DNA of 44,668 nt from a virus (taxonomy: Duplodnaviria > Caudoviricetes), in IMG/VR virus record IMGVR_UViG_3300020042_005850, positions 1 through 44,668 of that record; one strand, 5' to 3'. A program made the position numbers and the translations under genes. Within the stretch, counting starts at the first letter, position 1; every line of letters starts with the position of its first letter. Shown in pieces: positions 30,024 to 40,005 of the stretch. The notes beneath the pieces were generated by a model. It saw only the letters and a program-made list of their open reading frames with translations. It was not told where the DNA came from and did not search any database.

Positions 30024-30650
30024 TTAAGAGTTTGGGTAAAGAATACTAGACCGGTCTTTCTTGTTCTGAGGGACGGCATTACCGGTGTTACCTGGTGAGT
30101 CCTCCTTCATAAACTTTCCAACACGCGCCATGAAGCGAATCATTTCAGGATGGTTACCCATGCCAAAATCATCCAACAGTTTTGTCAATTCTGGTGTACC
30201 CAGTTTGTCAAGTGCAACCCTTGCTGTAGCTACATTCTCAGTGAGTTTGTCGCCACCAAGTTCAGGATCATTCTCGGTCTGTGCGCGCCAGTCCTGCTTT
30301 AACTGATCGAAAGATTCAGCTTGACTCTTAATGCCGTTCTGGATTTGCTGTGCGTGAAAGTCCACAAGCTTCTGTGATTGCTCTTTAGTCAAACCTAATT
30401 CCTTGAAAATAGGAACGGCTTGATCAAGTAGCGTAGAGTTTAACTCCATGCCTTCAGGCATAACAAAATCGGTATAAACATTATCGGTACTTGCGTCACC
30501 TTCGCCAGCTTTGGCACCAACTCCTGGTGTTTCTGTAAGAGTGGTGCCTTTTTCGCCAGGTTGAGTGGCATTATCCACCGTTACGGGAATTCCCGTTTCG
30601 ATTGAATCTTGTGGTGCTGTTTCAGTAGCAGCTATAATTTCATCAGTCAT
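30024..30650 (-). CDS. Capsid scaffolding protein
   Basis: Acidic N-terminus; GNHP..IRF..RVGK...ED; ends ILYP; precedes the capsid gene. Confidence 0.75.
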   Translation of the reverse strand: MTDEIIAATETAPQDSIETGIPVTVDNATQPGEKGTTLTETPGVGAKAGEGDASTDNVYTDFVMPEGMELNSTLLDQAVPIFKELGLTKEQSQKLVDFHAQQIQNGIKSQAESFDQLKQDWRAQTENDPELGGDKLTENVATARVALDKLGTPELTKLLDDFGMGNHPEMIRFMARVGKFMKEDSPGNTGNAVPQNKKDRSSILYPNS

Positions 30651-30888
30651 AGAAATTCTCTTTTAATAGTTGTTGGTACTCACCTGGTGCAGCACCTTTC
30701 AACTCATTCACTAAACTTATTGCAGCCGACCGCCTACCTGCATTGAATGATTGAATCATTGGGTCAACTGCAAACGTGTCACTAAAATAACCCATTGATC
30801 GCAATAAACGTGCCATGAAACTTCTCCCACCAGTAGTTTTCATAATACCAGTTACGTCAGCAATTTCAATAGCACGTTGTTCATTCAT
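30643..30888 (-). CDS. Bbp19-like small protein
   Basis: GR.FM.RLL and FNAGRR motifs; precedes the scaffold gene. Confidence 0.7.
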   Translation of the reverse strand: MNEQRAIEIADVTGIMKTTGGRSFMARLLRSMGYFSDTFAVDPMIQSFNAGRRSAAISLVNELKGAAPGEYQQLLKENFYD

Positions 30889-32369
30889 TAAAGTATCCAT
30901 CCCCAGTCATATGCAACCACGAATGTAACTACACCGGATGTAGTCACCACACCGATATTCTTAGCGGCAATTGCTACGAATTCACCAGGGTACACGGGGA
31001 TAGGTCTATCAAATTTAACCTGTACTGTATCACTCACTGCGCCCACTGCTGCTGTCGCTGCGAACTGAATAAACCCTGGTAACGGGATTCTACGCGGTGA
31101 TTTAGTATTTGCTGAGTCAGTGGTTGCCAGTGACACGTTCGTATGACCATAACATAGGCTCGGTATGTAGATCACTGGGGTGGCATTACCACCTAGAACA
31201 GTAGTGACAATAGCTTTAATCGTTACCCCTGAGATCACTAACTGTTTACCCGTGATTGCAACTGTACCGAGTGGGTTCTGGTAGCTACACACGATGCCGT
31301 CGGTGTTAGCCGTCAATGTTGGTAACGCTGAAAACTGACCGCCCATGCCCGTACCGAGTGCCGCAGTGGTGTTAGTCATCGCCGCACCAGCGGTAGGTGC
31401 GAGGGAGTTCGTGTAGTTAGACACCGACCCCATTGTATGACCCGATTGACCCTGCTGCCCACCCGTTAATACTGCTGCGGAGGTAGGTTCTGATCGAGTG
31501 TTGGTTAGACCGTCATTGGTGACAATCGCCTCAACCACGTTCATTGATATAACGCCGGATGCAGCAGTACCACCGATTGCATGTGATACCGATATAGGCG
31601 CGCTACCGCCGTACATAGGGCGACGTGTTGCCGCTGATAAGTTGATTCTGTTGGCGACTTGGAAGCTGTTACCGTCCTGATAATCAACCCAGAAAATAAC
31701 GGATCTGCTAGATGACGATATGATTACATCGTAAGCAGTACCCATCGTCGGCACAAAAGCGGCGCCGCCATTTACTAGCACCCACGGTGTACCTGATTGC
31801 TCAGTACCGTTCACGTTCGCAACACCGAAAACACCGGTGTTATTCGATCTAACAGCAACACCGTCGAGTAGTGCAAAAGGTGTTGTTAAGTTTTTTAATC
31901 CGAGCGCAACTTCCATTGTTGTATTGGTTACGGCCCATGTACCCGTCCATCGGATTTTTAAATAGACATACGTGGCACTCGCACCGAACATCGGATAGTG
32001 CTGTTTACTCTGCCACAACACACCTGTGTTAATCGTCGTGATGCTGGATGCGTTAGTTTGCAGTTGACCACCGTAACCCAGTGTCATAGTTGTATTGGCC
32101 GCTGTAGATTGACCAGTATCCTGTGCTGCTGCGTTGAACTGGTGTAATCCAAGGATAGTGTTAGGACTCATCCGAAACTGGAAATCTTCATTCACCTCAC
32201 CCGCTAATAGACTGGGGGTGCCTGTGATTAAACCTGCATCCACCTCTGATACTGGGCGATTGTAACCAGCTTGTACCAGTACACTCGGTAACGTCACCTT
32301 GGCATTACCGAAGGTATCACCACCCAGTAATGACGCATCACCTGCTAAATTAATTCCTGCACCGGCCAT
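30888..32369 (-). CDS. Putative virion structural / decoration protein (beta-rich)
   Basis: 493 aa, Thr/Gly/Ala-rich; lies in the head module. Confidence 0.6.
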   Translation of the reverse strand: MAGAGINLAGDASLLGGDTFGNAKVTLPSVLVQAGYNRPVSEVDAGLITGTPSLLAGEVNEDFQFRMSPNTILGLHQFNAAAQDTGQSTAANTTMTLGYGGQLQTNASSITTINTGVLWQSKQHYPMFGASATYVYLKIRWTGTWAVTNTTMEVALGLKNLTTPFALLDGVAVRSNNTGVFGVANVNGTEQSGTPWVLVNGGAAFVPTMGTAYDVIISSSSRSVIFWVDYQDGNSFQVANRINLSAATRRPMYGGSAPISVSHAIGGTAASGVISMNVVEAIVTNDGLTNTRSEPTSAAVLTGGQQGQSGHTMGSVSNYTNSLAPTAGAAMTNTTAALGTGMGGQFSALPTLTANTDGIVCSYQNPLGTVAITGKQLVISGVTIKAIVTTVLGGNATPVIYIPSLCYGHTNVSLATTDSANTKSPRRIPLPGFIQFAATAAVGAVSDTVQVKFDRPIPVYPGEFVAIAAKNIGVVTTSGVVTFVVAYDWGWIL

Positions 32370-32370
32370 A

Positions 32371-33672
32371 TTAAACCCCTATACACATAACTGAATAATT
32401 GCCACGAGCTTGCGGCATTGAATAAAGTGTGATTGTAAACCCCACCCCAGCAACCAAGTCGCTAATGACCGGTTTCAAATCTAATAGATACAACTCATCT
32501 GGATCTGCACCCGTAGGTGTTAATACCTGTGCTATAATATCACTAGTTGACGTAACCCATGATTGACCAGTAACTACGGTTTGAGCTTTATCAGTAAATG
32601 TAGCACCAAACGCGAGAGTAACTGTTAATGAATTTCCGCCAGACGACGGTGTATCAAGTATCCATGTGTTGGTACCCGTGCGCTTCGCATAACCTGTGCC
32701 AGTGAGTGCGGCAATAGCTGATAGATCATCATCTATTGGTTGCTTGTCATTCAATGCAACATCTAAACCTGCAATATCACTCATTTCTGGAGCTTTATTT
32801 TCCCATAAGCCGCTTATCGAATTATAAAATAAAACATCACCCGCTGCGACTGATGTTACCATCACATTATGCAGGTCATCAATCTCATAACCATTCTGAA
32901 TTGATACATCTATCTGCCCCTGTGTGGCATGTGCACGAGTAACAACACCTACAAAAACACTATGCATTGGGGCTACTGGCTCTGTGGCAGTGATTGCTCC
33001 CGCAGTCACGTCACTTAAATAAACCAATGCGCCATCGGCGTATGCACTCGTATTTAAACCTGACAAATCGCCACTAACTACAACATACCCATTAGTATTA
33101 GTAGCAATATCTGCTTGAACTAAACCGTAGGTTCTATCTGATAATGCTGCACTACTACCGACTGCCAGAGCTATTGTAGGCTTATTACCACTGGCACCAG
33201 ATATGTAAACAACGGACCCCTTGGTAATAGTGACACCTGAAACATTACGCACTTGCCTTACTAATGTCCCCGCCTGCCCTGCTACAGGAAACGCCGCCGG
33301 AACACCATCACCCATTAGGTACTGAGTAGTATCACCAGTAGGAATGTCGAACTTAGAATTAATCTGAGTAACTAATGTATCGTAGTCAATAATTATTGAC
33401 CATGTAATACCATCACAGATATATAAACCACCTGATTTACGGTTGATTAACCATATGCCGGTTGACTGCTTGACTAGATACACTTCACCCGCATGTGCTG
33501 CTGCGCTGGGTAATAGTGCGTAAGTATCAACCTCGCCATCGATGACTGTACCCGAACCACCGCTACCGAAGTTAATCAGATACTCTTTACCATCGCGCCC
33601 AAAGAACCCTACCGGTGCCTTAGTAACACGGTCCGTAAGGATATAAGCTTGTTGATAATCGTAGTCACTCAT
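32371..33672 (-). CDS. Putative fibre-like virion protein
   Basis: 433 aa with modular fibre-type segments (N.SG.TI.KG.VVYISG; LDVALNDKQP.D.DLSAIA). Confidence 0.6.
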   Translation of the reverse strand: MSDYDYQQAYILTDRVTKAPVGFFGRDGKEYLINFGSGGSGTVIDGEVDTYALLPSAAAHAGEVYLVKQSTGIWLINRKSGGLYICDGITWSIIIDYDTLVTQINSKFDIPTGDTTQYLMGDGVPAAFPVAGQAGTLVRQVRNVSGVTITKGSVVYISGASGNKPTIALAVGSSAALSDRTYGLVQADIATNTNGYVVVSGDLSGLNTSAYADGALVYLSDVTAGAITATEPVAPMHSVFVGVVTRAHATQGQIDVSIQNGYEIDDLHNVMVTSVAAGDVLFYNSISGLWENKAPEMSDIAGLDVALNDKQPIDDDLSAIAALTGTGYAKRTGTNTWILDTPSSGGNSLTVTLAFGATFTDKAQTVVTGQSWVTSTSDIIAQVLTPTGADPDELYLLDLKPVISDLVAGVGFTITLYSMPQARGNYSVMCIGV

Positions 33673-33938
33673 TAGTTAGACATTCTACAAACGATAGAAC
33701 CACTGGTGAATGCCGTACAGTTGAACCGATACAACACCCCACCTGTATTATTTTCATGCAGCAATTCAATAGGTGCTGTGTAGGACGCGATATTTACCCA
33801 TGTTGCACCATCATTAAATGATCGTTGATGGGTGACTGTACCAACAAATGTACCTGAAATTGATACATCAGCTTTACCTAAAAATGTACCAGAGGCACCC
33901 GCAACTACTGAACCAAGTGAATAAGATAGTGTGCCCAT
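33672..33938 (-). CDS. Small beta-sandwich structural protein
   Basis: ISGTFVGTVTHQRS.NDGATW motif; coupled to the portal gene. Confidence 0.6.
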   Translation of the reverse strand: MGTLSYSLGSVVAGASGTFLGKADVSISGTFVGTVTHQRSFNDGATWVNIASYTAPIELLHENNTGGVLYRFNCTAFTSGSIVCRMSN

Positions 33939-35602
33939 TACATTAACCCTGCATTTTTGAGAAGTTGACCAAGCGCATTTTCTTCGCTCATATTTGTTTC
34001 GGATACTGTTTTAGCCGTGTTAGCTAATGACTCACCTTGCGCCGCTGCTTGCGCTTGCGCTTGTTGTTGGCGATCCGCGGCTACTAATTGATTAACTTCA
34101 TCATCACCACGTACAATGCGAGGGTTCACCCCCATTGAGTCAGCATACTCGTCAATCGCCTGTTGTGCATCAAACTTATGACGAGATTCGGGCCAAAGTT
34201 GAGCAAGTTGAGCAGTGAATCCAGTTAACCTTTCCAGCCCACCAATCGATACCATTCGTTGTGCTTGTGCTAATACAGATACATATTGTACTGACATTTC
34301 CACACCGTTCAACTCTGGTGGGGGTGGTGGCAATACACCAGCTTTTTGCAAGATGCTAAAAGTACGATCAATTAGCGGATCAAGTAACTCGTTGTGTAAT
34401 CGCTCCAACACTGGTCCAAGCATCAGCAATTTTTCTTCTTGCTTCTCCGCAACTTCACGCGCTGTAATTTGGCGACGGTCACTATTCACCATCATCAAAA
34501 ACAAATCCTCATAGAACGTGCGCTTAATACGCTGCTCAGCCTCTTGGTTAATTGCAACCATTGAATTTAGATCTGGCCTAAACCCTTCATATACTGAACG
34601 GATTCCCGCAGTAGGCCCCTCGGTCCATATGATCTGACCGGGGTCAATGTTCCCACTGACCTGTGTTTTAAGACCAACATCACCCTGCATTGGTGGATTA
34701 ACAATCATGTCCAATGCTTTGTACTTCTGCTTCTCACCGAGTTGCAGTGATTTAGTATCACCTAATGAATCCATACCTGGGCACGATGTTGCGTAAATGT
34801 CCTCGCCAGTTATGTCCCAACGTGGGCACAAAATAGGAAACTCATCAAAACCAGATTCATTGAGAAATAGCGACTGGTCACCCTTACTTGATGTCTCGTA
34901 ATATACAGAGCGTATATTTTTGTCTTTCGCCCACGGAGACTGCGAATCACGGTCATCGTTAGGCTCAATAGCATGCACAATTGGAACCCATGCTTCAGTG
35001 TTTCCACGTTTCCACTGGTCATTGACTGAGTTGCTACATTTCTCTGGGCCATATTCTTTAATCAACTGACCGACAGTGCGCTCGTATTCTAAATAAAAAG
35101 TGTCAATCTCACTCTTACCGTTCGCACCAATTACATAACTACCAACAGTGTAAGGTCTGCATCGAATCACATTCTTATAATCGAAGTAAACCCCCATAGG
35201 AGCAGTGCCGAACACACCTAACTCAGAGTACACCGTGTGCAAACTGTTGTAGGCATTTGACTGACTGAACACACGGTACATGATAGTCTGCACAGCATGT
35301 AACCACTCTTTAACCGCAGAGTATTCATTCAACTCAACATTAGAGGATTGTAGTTTGAACCACGGTCGTGCCGGTGATGTAATGCCCGCCATCATGCCTG
35401 CTGCCATAGTACGAGCGGCCATACGTGAGGTATTGTTAATTTGGTTCTGGTTGTGCTGATAACCCTTGTTTCGGTCACTCGTGAGGAACCGGCCACGGTT
35501 TGACATATGATAATCACTAAGTGACCGATACACAGGTATGAACGACGACCGTTCTGATTTCAATAGTTCAAGCCGCTTATTGTAGCTTTTAATAGTTGGC
35601 AT
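33938..35602 (-). CDS. Portal (head-tail connector) protein
   Basis: TSPARPWF, TAREV.E..EEKL.MLGPVLERL..ELL.PLI motifs; 554 aa. Confidence 0.92.
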   Translation of the reverse strand: MPTIKSYNKRLELLKSERSSFIPVYRSLSDYHMSNRGRFLTSDRNKGYQHNQNQINNTSRMAARTMAAGMMAGITSPARPWFKLQSSNVELNEYSAVKEWLHAVQTIMYRVFSQSNAYNSLHTVYSELGVFGTAPMGVYFDYKNVIRCRPYTVGSYVIGANGKSEIDTFYLEYERTVGQLIKEYGPEKCSNSVNDQWKRGNTEAWVPIVHAIEPNDDRDSQSPWAKDKNIRSVYYETSSKGDQSLFLNESGFDEFPILCPRWDITGEDIYATSCPGMDSLGDTKSLQLGEKQKYKALDMIVNPPMQGDVGLKTQVSGNIDPGQIIWTEGPTAGIRSVYEGFRPDLNSMVAINQEAEQRIKRTFYEDLFLMMVNSDRRQITAREVAEKQEEKLLMLGPVLERLHNELLDPLIDRTFSILQKAGVLPPPPPELNGVEMSVQYVSVLAQAQRMVSIGGLERLTGFTAQLAQLWPESRHKFDAQQAIDEYADSMGVNPRIVRGDDEVNQLVAADRQQQAQAQAAAQGESLANTAKTVSETNMSEENALGQLLKNAGLM

Positions 35603-35604
35603 AG

Positions 35605-35802
35605 TTATTGCCCAAGCAATGTTTTAGTACCAACACCAGTCAACACAGTATCTGTTGCGCCTTGGGTGCTAGTGAGAATTGTTGACGATGCTCTACGCCT
35701 TTTATCTGCGCTAGCTAAACCCATTGTTGACTGAGTAGGTGCTACGGGCGCTTCAGGCAGTAATGGAGCTGGCGTCGGGGCCTTGGGTGATCCACCACAC
35801 AT
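35605..35802 (-). CDS. Small virion-associated protein upstream of the portal
   Basis: MCGG..K.P...TILT...G....KTLLG pattern typical of podoviruses. Confidence 0.7.
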   Translation of the reverse strand: MCGGSPKAPTPAPLLPEAPVAPTQSTMGLASADKRRRASSTILTSTQGATDTVLTGVGTKTLLGQ

Positions 35803-35835
35803 AATCAATCCTCACTTAAAATTTAATCAATACTA

Positions 35836-37389
35836 CTACATGTTATGTAATGGGTCATATTCTTTTTTAGCGTTACGCTGCATATGTGACTTGTCCTCAT
35901 TCACACGGTTGCGCGGTGCTACAGCATGGGCAAATGTTAGATAAAGCGCATCTGCCCAATCAGGCGAACACCCTAGACGTTTCTTGAGTAGTTTCTTCGA
36001 CTCAACTAATAGTCGATCTTTAGCGTCGTGACCATACTCTCGTACAGTGAGTTCAACTTCTAACTGAGGTTCATCAGGAATGCAACCACCGTTCATGATC
36101 CACTCACGGCAACGATATCCCATCTCAGATACTTTGTTCGCATACTTCTTTTCATCATCAGCAACATGACCAAACCCAACATCAGTTACCGGATAACCAA
36201 GTTGACGTAATCTATCACCAAGAGGCCCCCCGATACCCGTCTCATCAATGAAACATCTATCGGGTTTATGTCGATCCAGAATCATTGTTAGCATTGACAC
36301 AACTTTCATTGAATCACGCGACTTCTCACCTGGTATCCGGTATGTCTTTTCAGACTTAGCATCTTTACCGCGTCGGAACATAATCATGCAGTTATCATCA
36401 CCTCCGCGAGCAATATCTATACCACATACTAATGGATCATCACCCATATATACCGCAGTGCGCTTCATTGCGGCTAGGACGTCATCACCAGGAATGAACT
36501 GCATATCACCAGCACGAGGGAATTGACCCTTCACACGAACTCTGAAGAAGTCACTATCCTCACCCCAGTCACGTTCCCAGTCTTTTATCAGTAATTTATT
36601 CGTCATCTTGGCAGTGCGACTATCGATCTGCTTACAATTCCATGTGTGACGATTAAAGAAGCACTTACGAAATGCACCCGTGTTCCGTGTTGGGTTGCCG
36701 AAGCAAAAGAACATAGGCTCACCGTCGGTTAACCCACCCTCGGCCACTTCCCATATCTTATCCGGTATCGCAGAGGCTTCATCGAATAGGTAGAAAGGCG
36801 TTGAGTTAGCCGCATGTAAACCAGCAAACGATTCACTGTTCTCTTCACGACACGTCTGAGCATCCACACGCCACGACTCAGGCCATGACTTATGGTACAT
36901 CGACATTGAACCCTTGCCGCTGTTCAACTCGAACCAGTGACCCGTGATACACCTTGTGCGCCACTTTGCTAACTCTGACCATGTTTTAGTGCGTAGCTGT
37001 TCACCAGTGTTAGCCGTCACGATACCTTTCGCGTAAGGTCGTGTACTCATAATCCAGAGTATCACCCACGATGTGAGTGCTGATTTACCAATACCGTGAC
37101 CGCTGGCAGTAGCCATACGCACTGCTTTAACTGGGTCAACACCGTTGAAATTGTTATCAGTTACCATCCTACCGACTTCAGTCAACCAATCACATTGCCA
37201 CTCATCAGGTCCCTCGAACCCTTCCAATTCACCGTGGTTCCAATCGAACGCCCAGTTAACCCATCCAAGTGGGTCATGGTAGAACTGTGAGCACTCATCA
37301 GCTAATAATAAATCAGAGGATATGAATTCGTGAACATCACTCGACATGTTCATTGACATTGCGCCAGCGAGCGGTGACTGATTAAACAT
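35836..37389 (-). CDS. terL: Terminase large subunit
   Basis: Walker A ASGHGIGKS; Walker B LFDEAS; GNPTR; nuclease GIDIARGGDD and SPDWADAL. Confidence 0.93.
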   Translation of the reverse strand: MFNQSPLAGAMSMNMSSDVHEFISSDLLLADECSQFYHDPLGWVNWAFDWNHGELEGFEGPDEWQCDWLTEVGRMVTDNNFNGVDPVKAVRMATASGHGIGKSALTSWVILWIMSTRPYAKGIVTANTGEQLRTKTWSELAKWRTRCITGHWFELNSGKGSMSMYHKSWPESWRVDAQTCREENSESFAGLHAANSTPFYLFDEASAIPDKIWEVAEGGLTDGEPMFFCFGNPTRNTGAFRKCFFNRHTWNCKQIDSRTAKMTNKLLIKDWERDWGEDSDFFRVRVKGQFPRAGDMQFIPGDDVLAAMKRTAVYMGDDPLVCGIDIARGGDDNCMIMFRRGKDAKSEKTYRIPGEKSRDSMKVVSMLTMILDRHKPDRCFIDETGIGGPLGDRLRQLGYPVTDVGFGHVADDEKKYANKVSEMGYRCREWIMNGGCIPDEPQLEVELTVREYGHDAKDRLLVESKKLLKKRLGCSPDWADALYLTFAHAVAPRNRVNEDKSHMQRNAKKEYDPLHNM

Positions 37390-37829
37390 TAAATAAAACT
37401 CGGTGGGGGTGTTTGCAGGCGCTTACGAGCGCGCAACAATCTTTCTTTGATCGCTTCATCACTCGCTATTTCAACACGCTCAGCGGCGTATGCGTCAACA
37501 GCGGCATGCTTAGCGATAAGATTCAATGCTGTATTGCTCGCGCTAATATTCCCATTTTGACGTGCTATAAGATGGTTGTCTACCGCTTCCATCAGCACCC
37601 ATTCAGCAGTGATATGTGACGCTTCCAACCGGTATTGAATAATTATATCGAGTGCTGCTTGAATCTCAGGGTCATCGCGCAGTGTGTAACCATAGTCAGC
37701 ACTGTAGCCGCTTACTGCGGCTGCACGGCGTGAATCAAAATCCTTACTTAGTTCAATGACAAAATTGATACGCTTGGGGTCAGTGACACCAGCATCGATA
37801 ATATCTTGCTTACATAAACGTTTTCTCAT
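37389..37829 (-). CDS. terS: Terminase small subunit
   Basis: F..E...DF...RAA..SGYS HTH-like N-terminus; coupled to terL. Confidence 0.78.
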   Translation of the reverse strand: MRKRLCKQDIIDAGVTDPKRINFVIELSKDFDSRRAAAVSGYSADYGYTLRDDPEIQAALDIIIQYRLEASHITAEWVLMEAVDNHLIARQNGNISASNTALNLIAKHAAVDAYAAERVEIASDEAIKERLLRARKRLQTPPPSFI

Positions 37830-37841
37830 ATATCCACGCTA

Positions 37842-38432
37842 TCACAGAAATGAAGGTTTGTCAGCGGGACCATGGTTTGTTGGAAAAAACCATGGGTAAT
37901 CGGGGTGATCATCTTTAACCCACCCCAGTTCTTTACACCGGTTGTGATATTCCACGTTCACGCGGGTGCGTTGTGCTTTGTATTCATTGTACCGCTGTGT
38001 AACTGTCATTTCCTTGTATTTATCATGGTTTCTTATCACCCATACTGATTTATTAAATCTTCTGCTACCGCGTGGAATGTCGTCATCATCTTCATTGTTG
38101 TAATAGCTCGTCATCACCATTGATATTACTTCAGGTATCAATTTCATTTTAGCAGCGATAATTTTAGCCTGACGTCTCATTTCAACTTCATTGTATGCGT
38201 CAAAACCGCTGAATGCGCGTTCTGCTGATATTGACGCCATCACGGTGATAACGTCCTCTGTGCGCAATAGATCCCTATTTAGCATCACATGTTCAATAGT
38301 GTTGATCGCAGTCTGTATTCTACTTGCGAATATGTCCACGGATTTCACCATGGGGGTGTTGGGTACTTTCGCATGGAGCAACTTCGCCACCAGTGCTTCT
38401 AGTTTCTCAACACGTTTTTCAAGGTCTTTCAT
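37842..38432 (-). CDS. Hypothetical protein resembling the primase-helicase C-terminal domain
   Basis: N-terminal coiled coil; WVIRNHDKY is similar to WIIRNHHLY in the primase. Confidence 0.65.
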   Translation of the reverse strand: MKDLEKRVEKLEALVAKLLHAKVPNTPMVKSVDIFASRIQTAINTIEHVMLNRDLLRTEDVITVMASISAERAFSGFDAYNEVEMRRQAKIIAAKMKLIPEVISMVMTSYYNNEDDDDIPRGSRRFNKSVWVIRNHDKYKEMTVTQRYNEYKAQRTRVNVEYHNRCKELGWVKDDHPDYPWFFPTNHGPADKPSFL

Positions 38433-38465
38433 AATTACACCAGAAATGTTGTTGTACATAGTTAC

Positions 38466-38886
38466 GTTACAATGGAACCCATTGTCCTACATGTCCTAAC
38501 ACCTAGCAAGAGAAAAAGGTAAATTGTTGCATCAACACAACACTTCCTGACTAATTTTTTTTGTTAGGACATGTAGGACATTGGTCAAATAAATAGCATT
38601 GTAACGTGCTCAAAGTCGTCTACTTAGCGTAACAATGCTCCAGAGAGAACGCAAATTACAATGGGAATTTGTTAGGACAACGTAGGACATAAGCTTTTAT
38701 TTTTCCATTGTTACGCTAAGTAGGCTGCTTCCAGCACGTTACAATGGGATTCACGGACAATGGGAATTTGTTAAAAAAATGAAAAATTGAAAAATTCCCA
38801 TTGTAACGCATTGTAACATTGATCACTTTTTGATCACGCAAAATTGGGAACAGTTAACAATGCGTTACAATGGGTTCCATTGTAAC
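38466..38886. repeat. Non-coding region of nested inverted and direct repeats (putative origin or packaging locus)
   Basis: 20-bp IR at 38466-85/38867-86; 19-bp IR at 38483-501/38562-80; 41-bp imperfect IR at 38597-637/38706-46; many (GTT)ACAATG(GG) and TAGGACA units. Confidence 0.85.
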
Positions 38887-38887
38887 A

Positions 38888-38916
38888 TTGACGTGTACAA
38901 CATGTTGTATTAGAAT
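38888..38916 (+). promoter_or_regulatory. Sigma70-type promoter
   Basis: TTGACG-17 nt-TAGAAT, with TGTACAACA in the spacer and TGTTGCACA just downstream. Confidence 0.8.
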
Positions 38917-38945
38917 TGTTGCACATTGAACAACAAGAGGTTATT

Positions 38946-39236
38946 ATGAAGACATACATTTATCGCGGTGAGTCATTAACTATGACTCAACTAAACTCAG
39001 AGTTCACTAAACTACACAACAGACCGGTGAACTCAGCAACCCTGTACCAGCGCATTAACCAACACGGTTACAGTGTTGAGCAGGCTGTTGAGACATCATT
39101 ACAAACAGATCCAATTGTGCACAGGACACGGCTTGACGGTAATCGCTTGTCGACATGTCGTCACCACAACGTAGACTTTAACCATCAAACCCAATGCTGC
39201 AAGATATGTGGCTCACCAAGAAGGTCAATAAAATGA
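38946..39236 (+). CDS. Small putative DNA-binding protein (HNH-associated HTH-like domain plus Cys/His tail)
   Basis: YRGESLT...TLYQRI..HGYSVEQAV; C.H...C..C; GAGG RBS. Confidence 0.65.
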   Translation: MKTYIYRGESLTMTQLNSEFTKLHNRPVNSATLYQRINQHGYSVEQAVETSLQTDPIVHRTRLDGNRLSTCRHHNVDFNHQTQCCKICGSPRRSIK

Positions 39237-39445
39237 GAAATAGATACTCAGTAACCGTAACCAATAACAACCAACATATAGACACTCTCGATTTTGGTAG
39301 TATTGGTTATGTAGCACGATACTTAATCGCCAACGAGCAGGATATGCTCGGTCAACAAGTCACCATTAACCAAACCATCGTCAACGGCGTTGTTTCGTCG
39401 TTACCGATCCTAATTGACCGTTTTACGGTAGGGGATACTAAATGA
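39233..39445 (+). CDS. Hypothetical protein
   Basis: ORF overlapping both neighbours by 4 nt. Confidence 0.6.
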   Translation: MRNRYSVTVTNNNQHIDTLDFGSIGYVARYLIANEQDMLGQQVTINQTIVNGVVSSLPILIDRFTVGDTK

Positions 39446-40005
39446 CATTATTATTTGATAGATGCTTCACATACACTATGGGTATGGAAGGTAACGATAA
39501 ATTCACCAATGACCCAGACGACCCAGGTGGTGCCACCAAGTACGGTGTCAGCTTACGCTTCCTGAAGGGAATCACCGAGGGTGACATTGACCATGATGGT
39601 GACATTGACGCAGATGACGTGAGGGGTCTCTCATGGTCTGGTGCTAAGTATATTTATGAGAAGCACTTCTGGCACCCGTCGTTCGAGAACCTTCACCCCC
39701 AGTTAGCCAGTAAACTGTTTGACTTGCGTGTTAACATGGGGCCAGTACAGGCGACTAAGATTCTGCAAGTTACCTACAATGAACTTGAAGATTTAGCTTC
39801 TTGTCTAGCGCCTGTACCATCGTATCAGTTAATAGTAGACGGTGTGATGGGTCCAAAAACAATAAGTGTCGCCACCGGTGACGAGTTACTCAAACCACTC
39901 ATGTATCAAGCCGCCCAGTTCTACTTCAACCTAGCCGACAAGCGACCAGCATCTCAGAAGTATTTACTGGGGTGGCTACGAAGAACCTATGAGGTGATGT
40001 CATGA
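39442..40005 (+). CDS. Endolysin, glycoside hydrolase family 108 with peptidoglycan-binding C-terminus
   Basis: EG....DPDDPGGATKYGV, FD..VNMG, VDG.MGPKT and GWLRR motifs. Confidence 0.9.
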   Translation: MTLLFDRCFTYTMGMEGNDKFTNDPDDPGGATKYGVSLRFLKGITEGDIDHDGDIDADDVRGLSWSGAKYIYEKHFWHPSFENLHPQLASKLFDLRVNMGPVQATKILQVTYNELEDLASCLAPVPSYQLIVDGVMGPKTISVATGDELLKPLMYQAAQFYFNLADKRPASQKYLLGWLRRTYEVMS

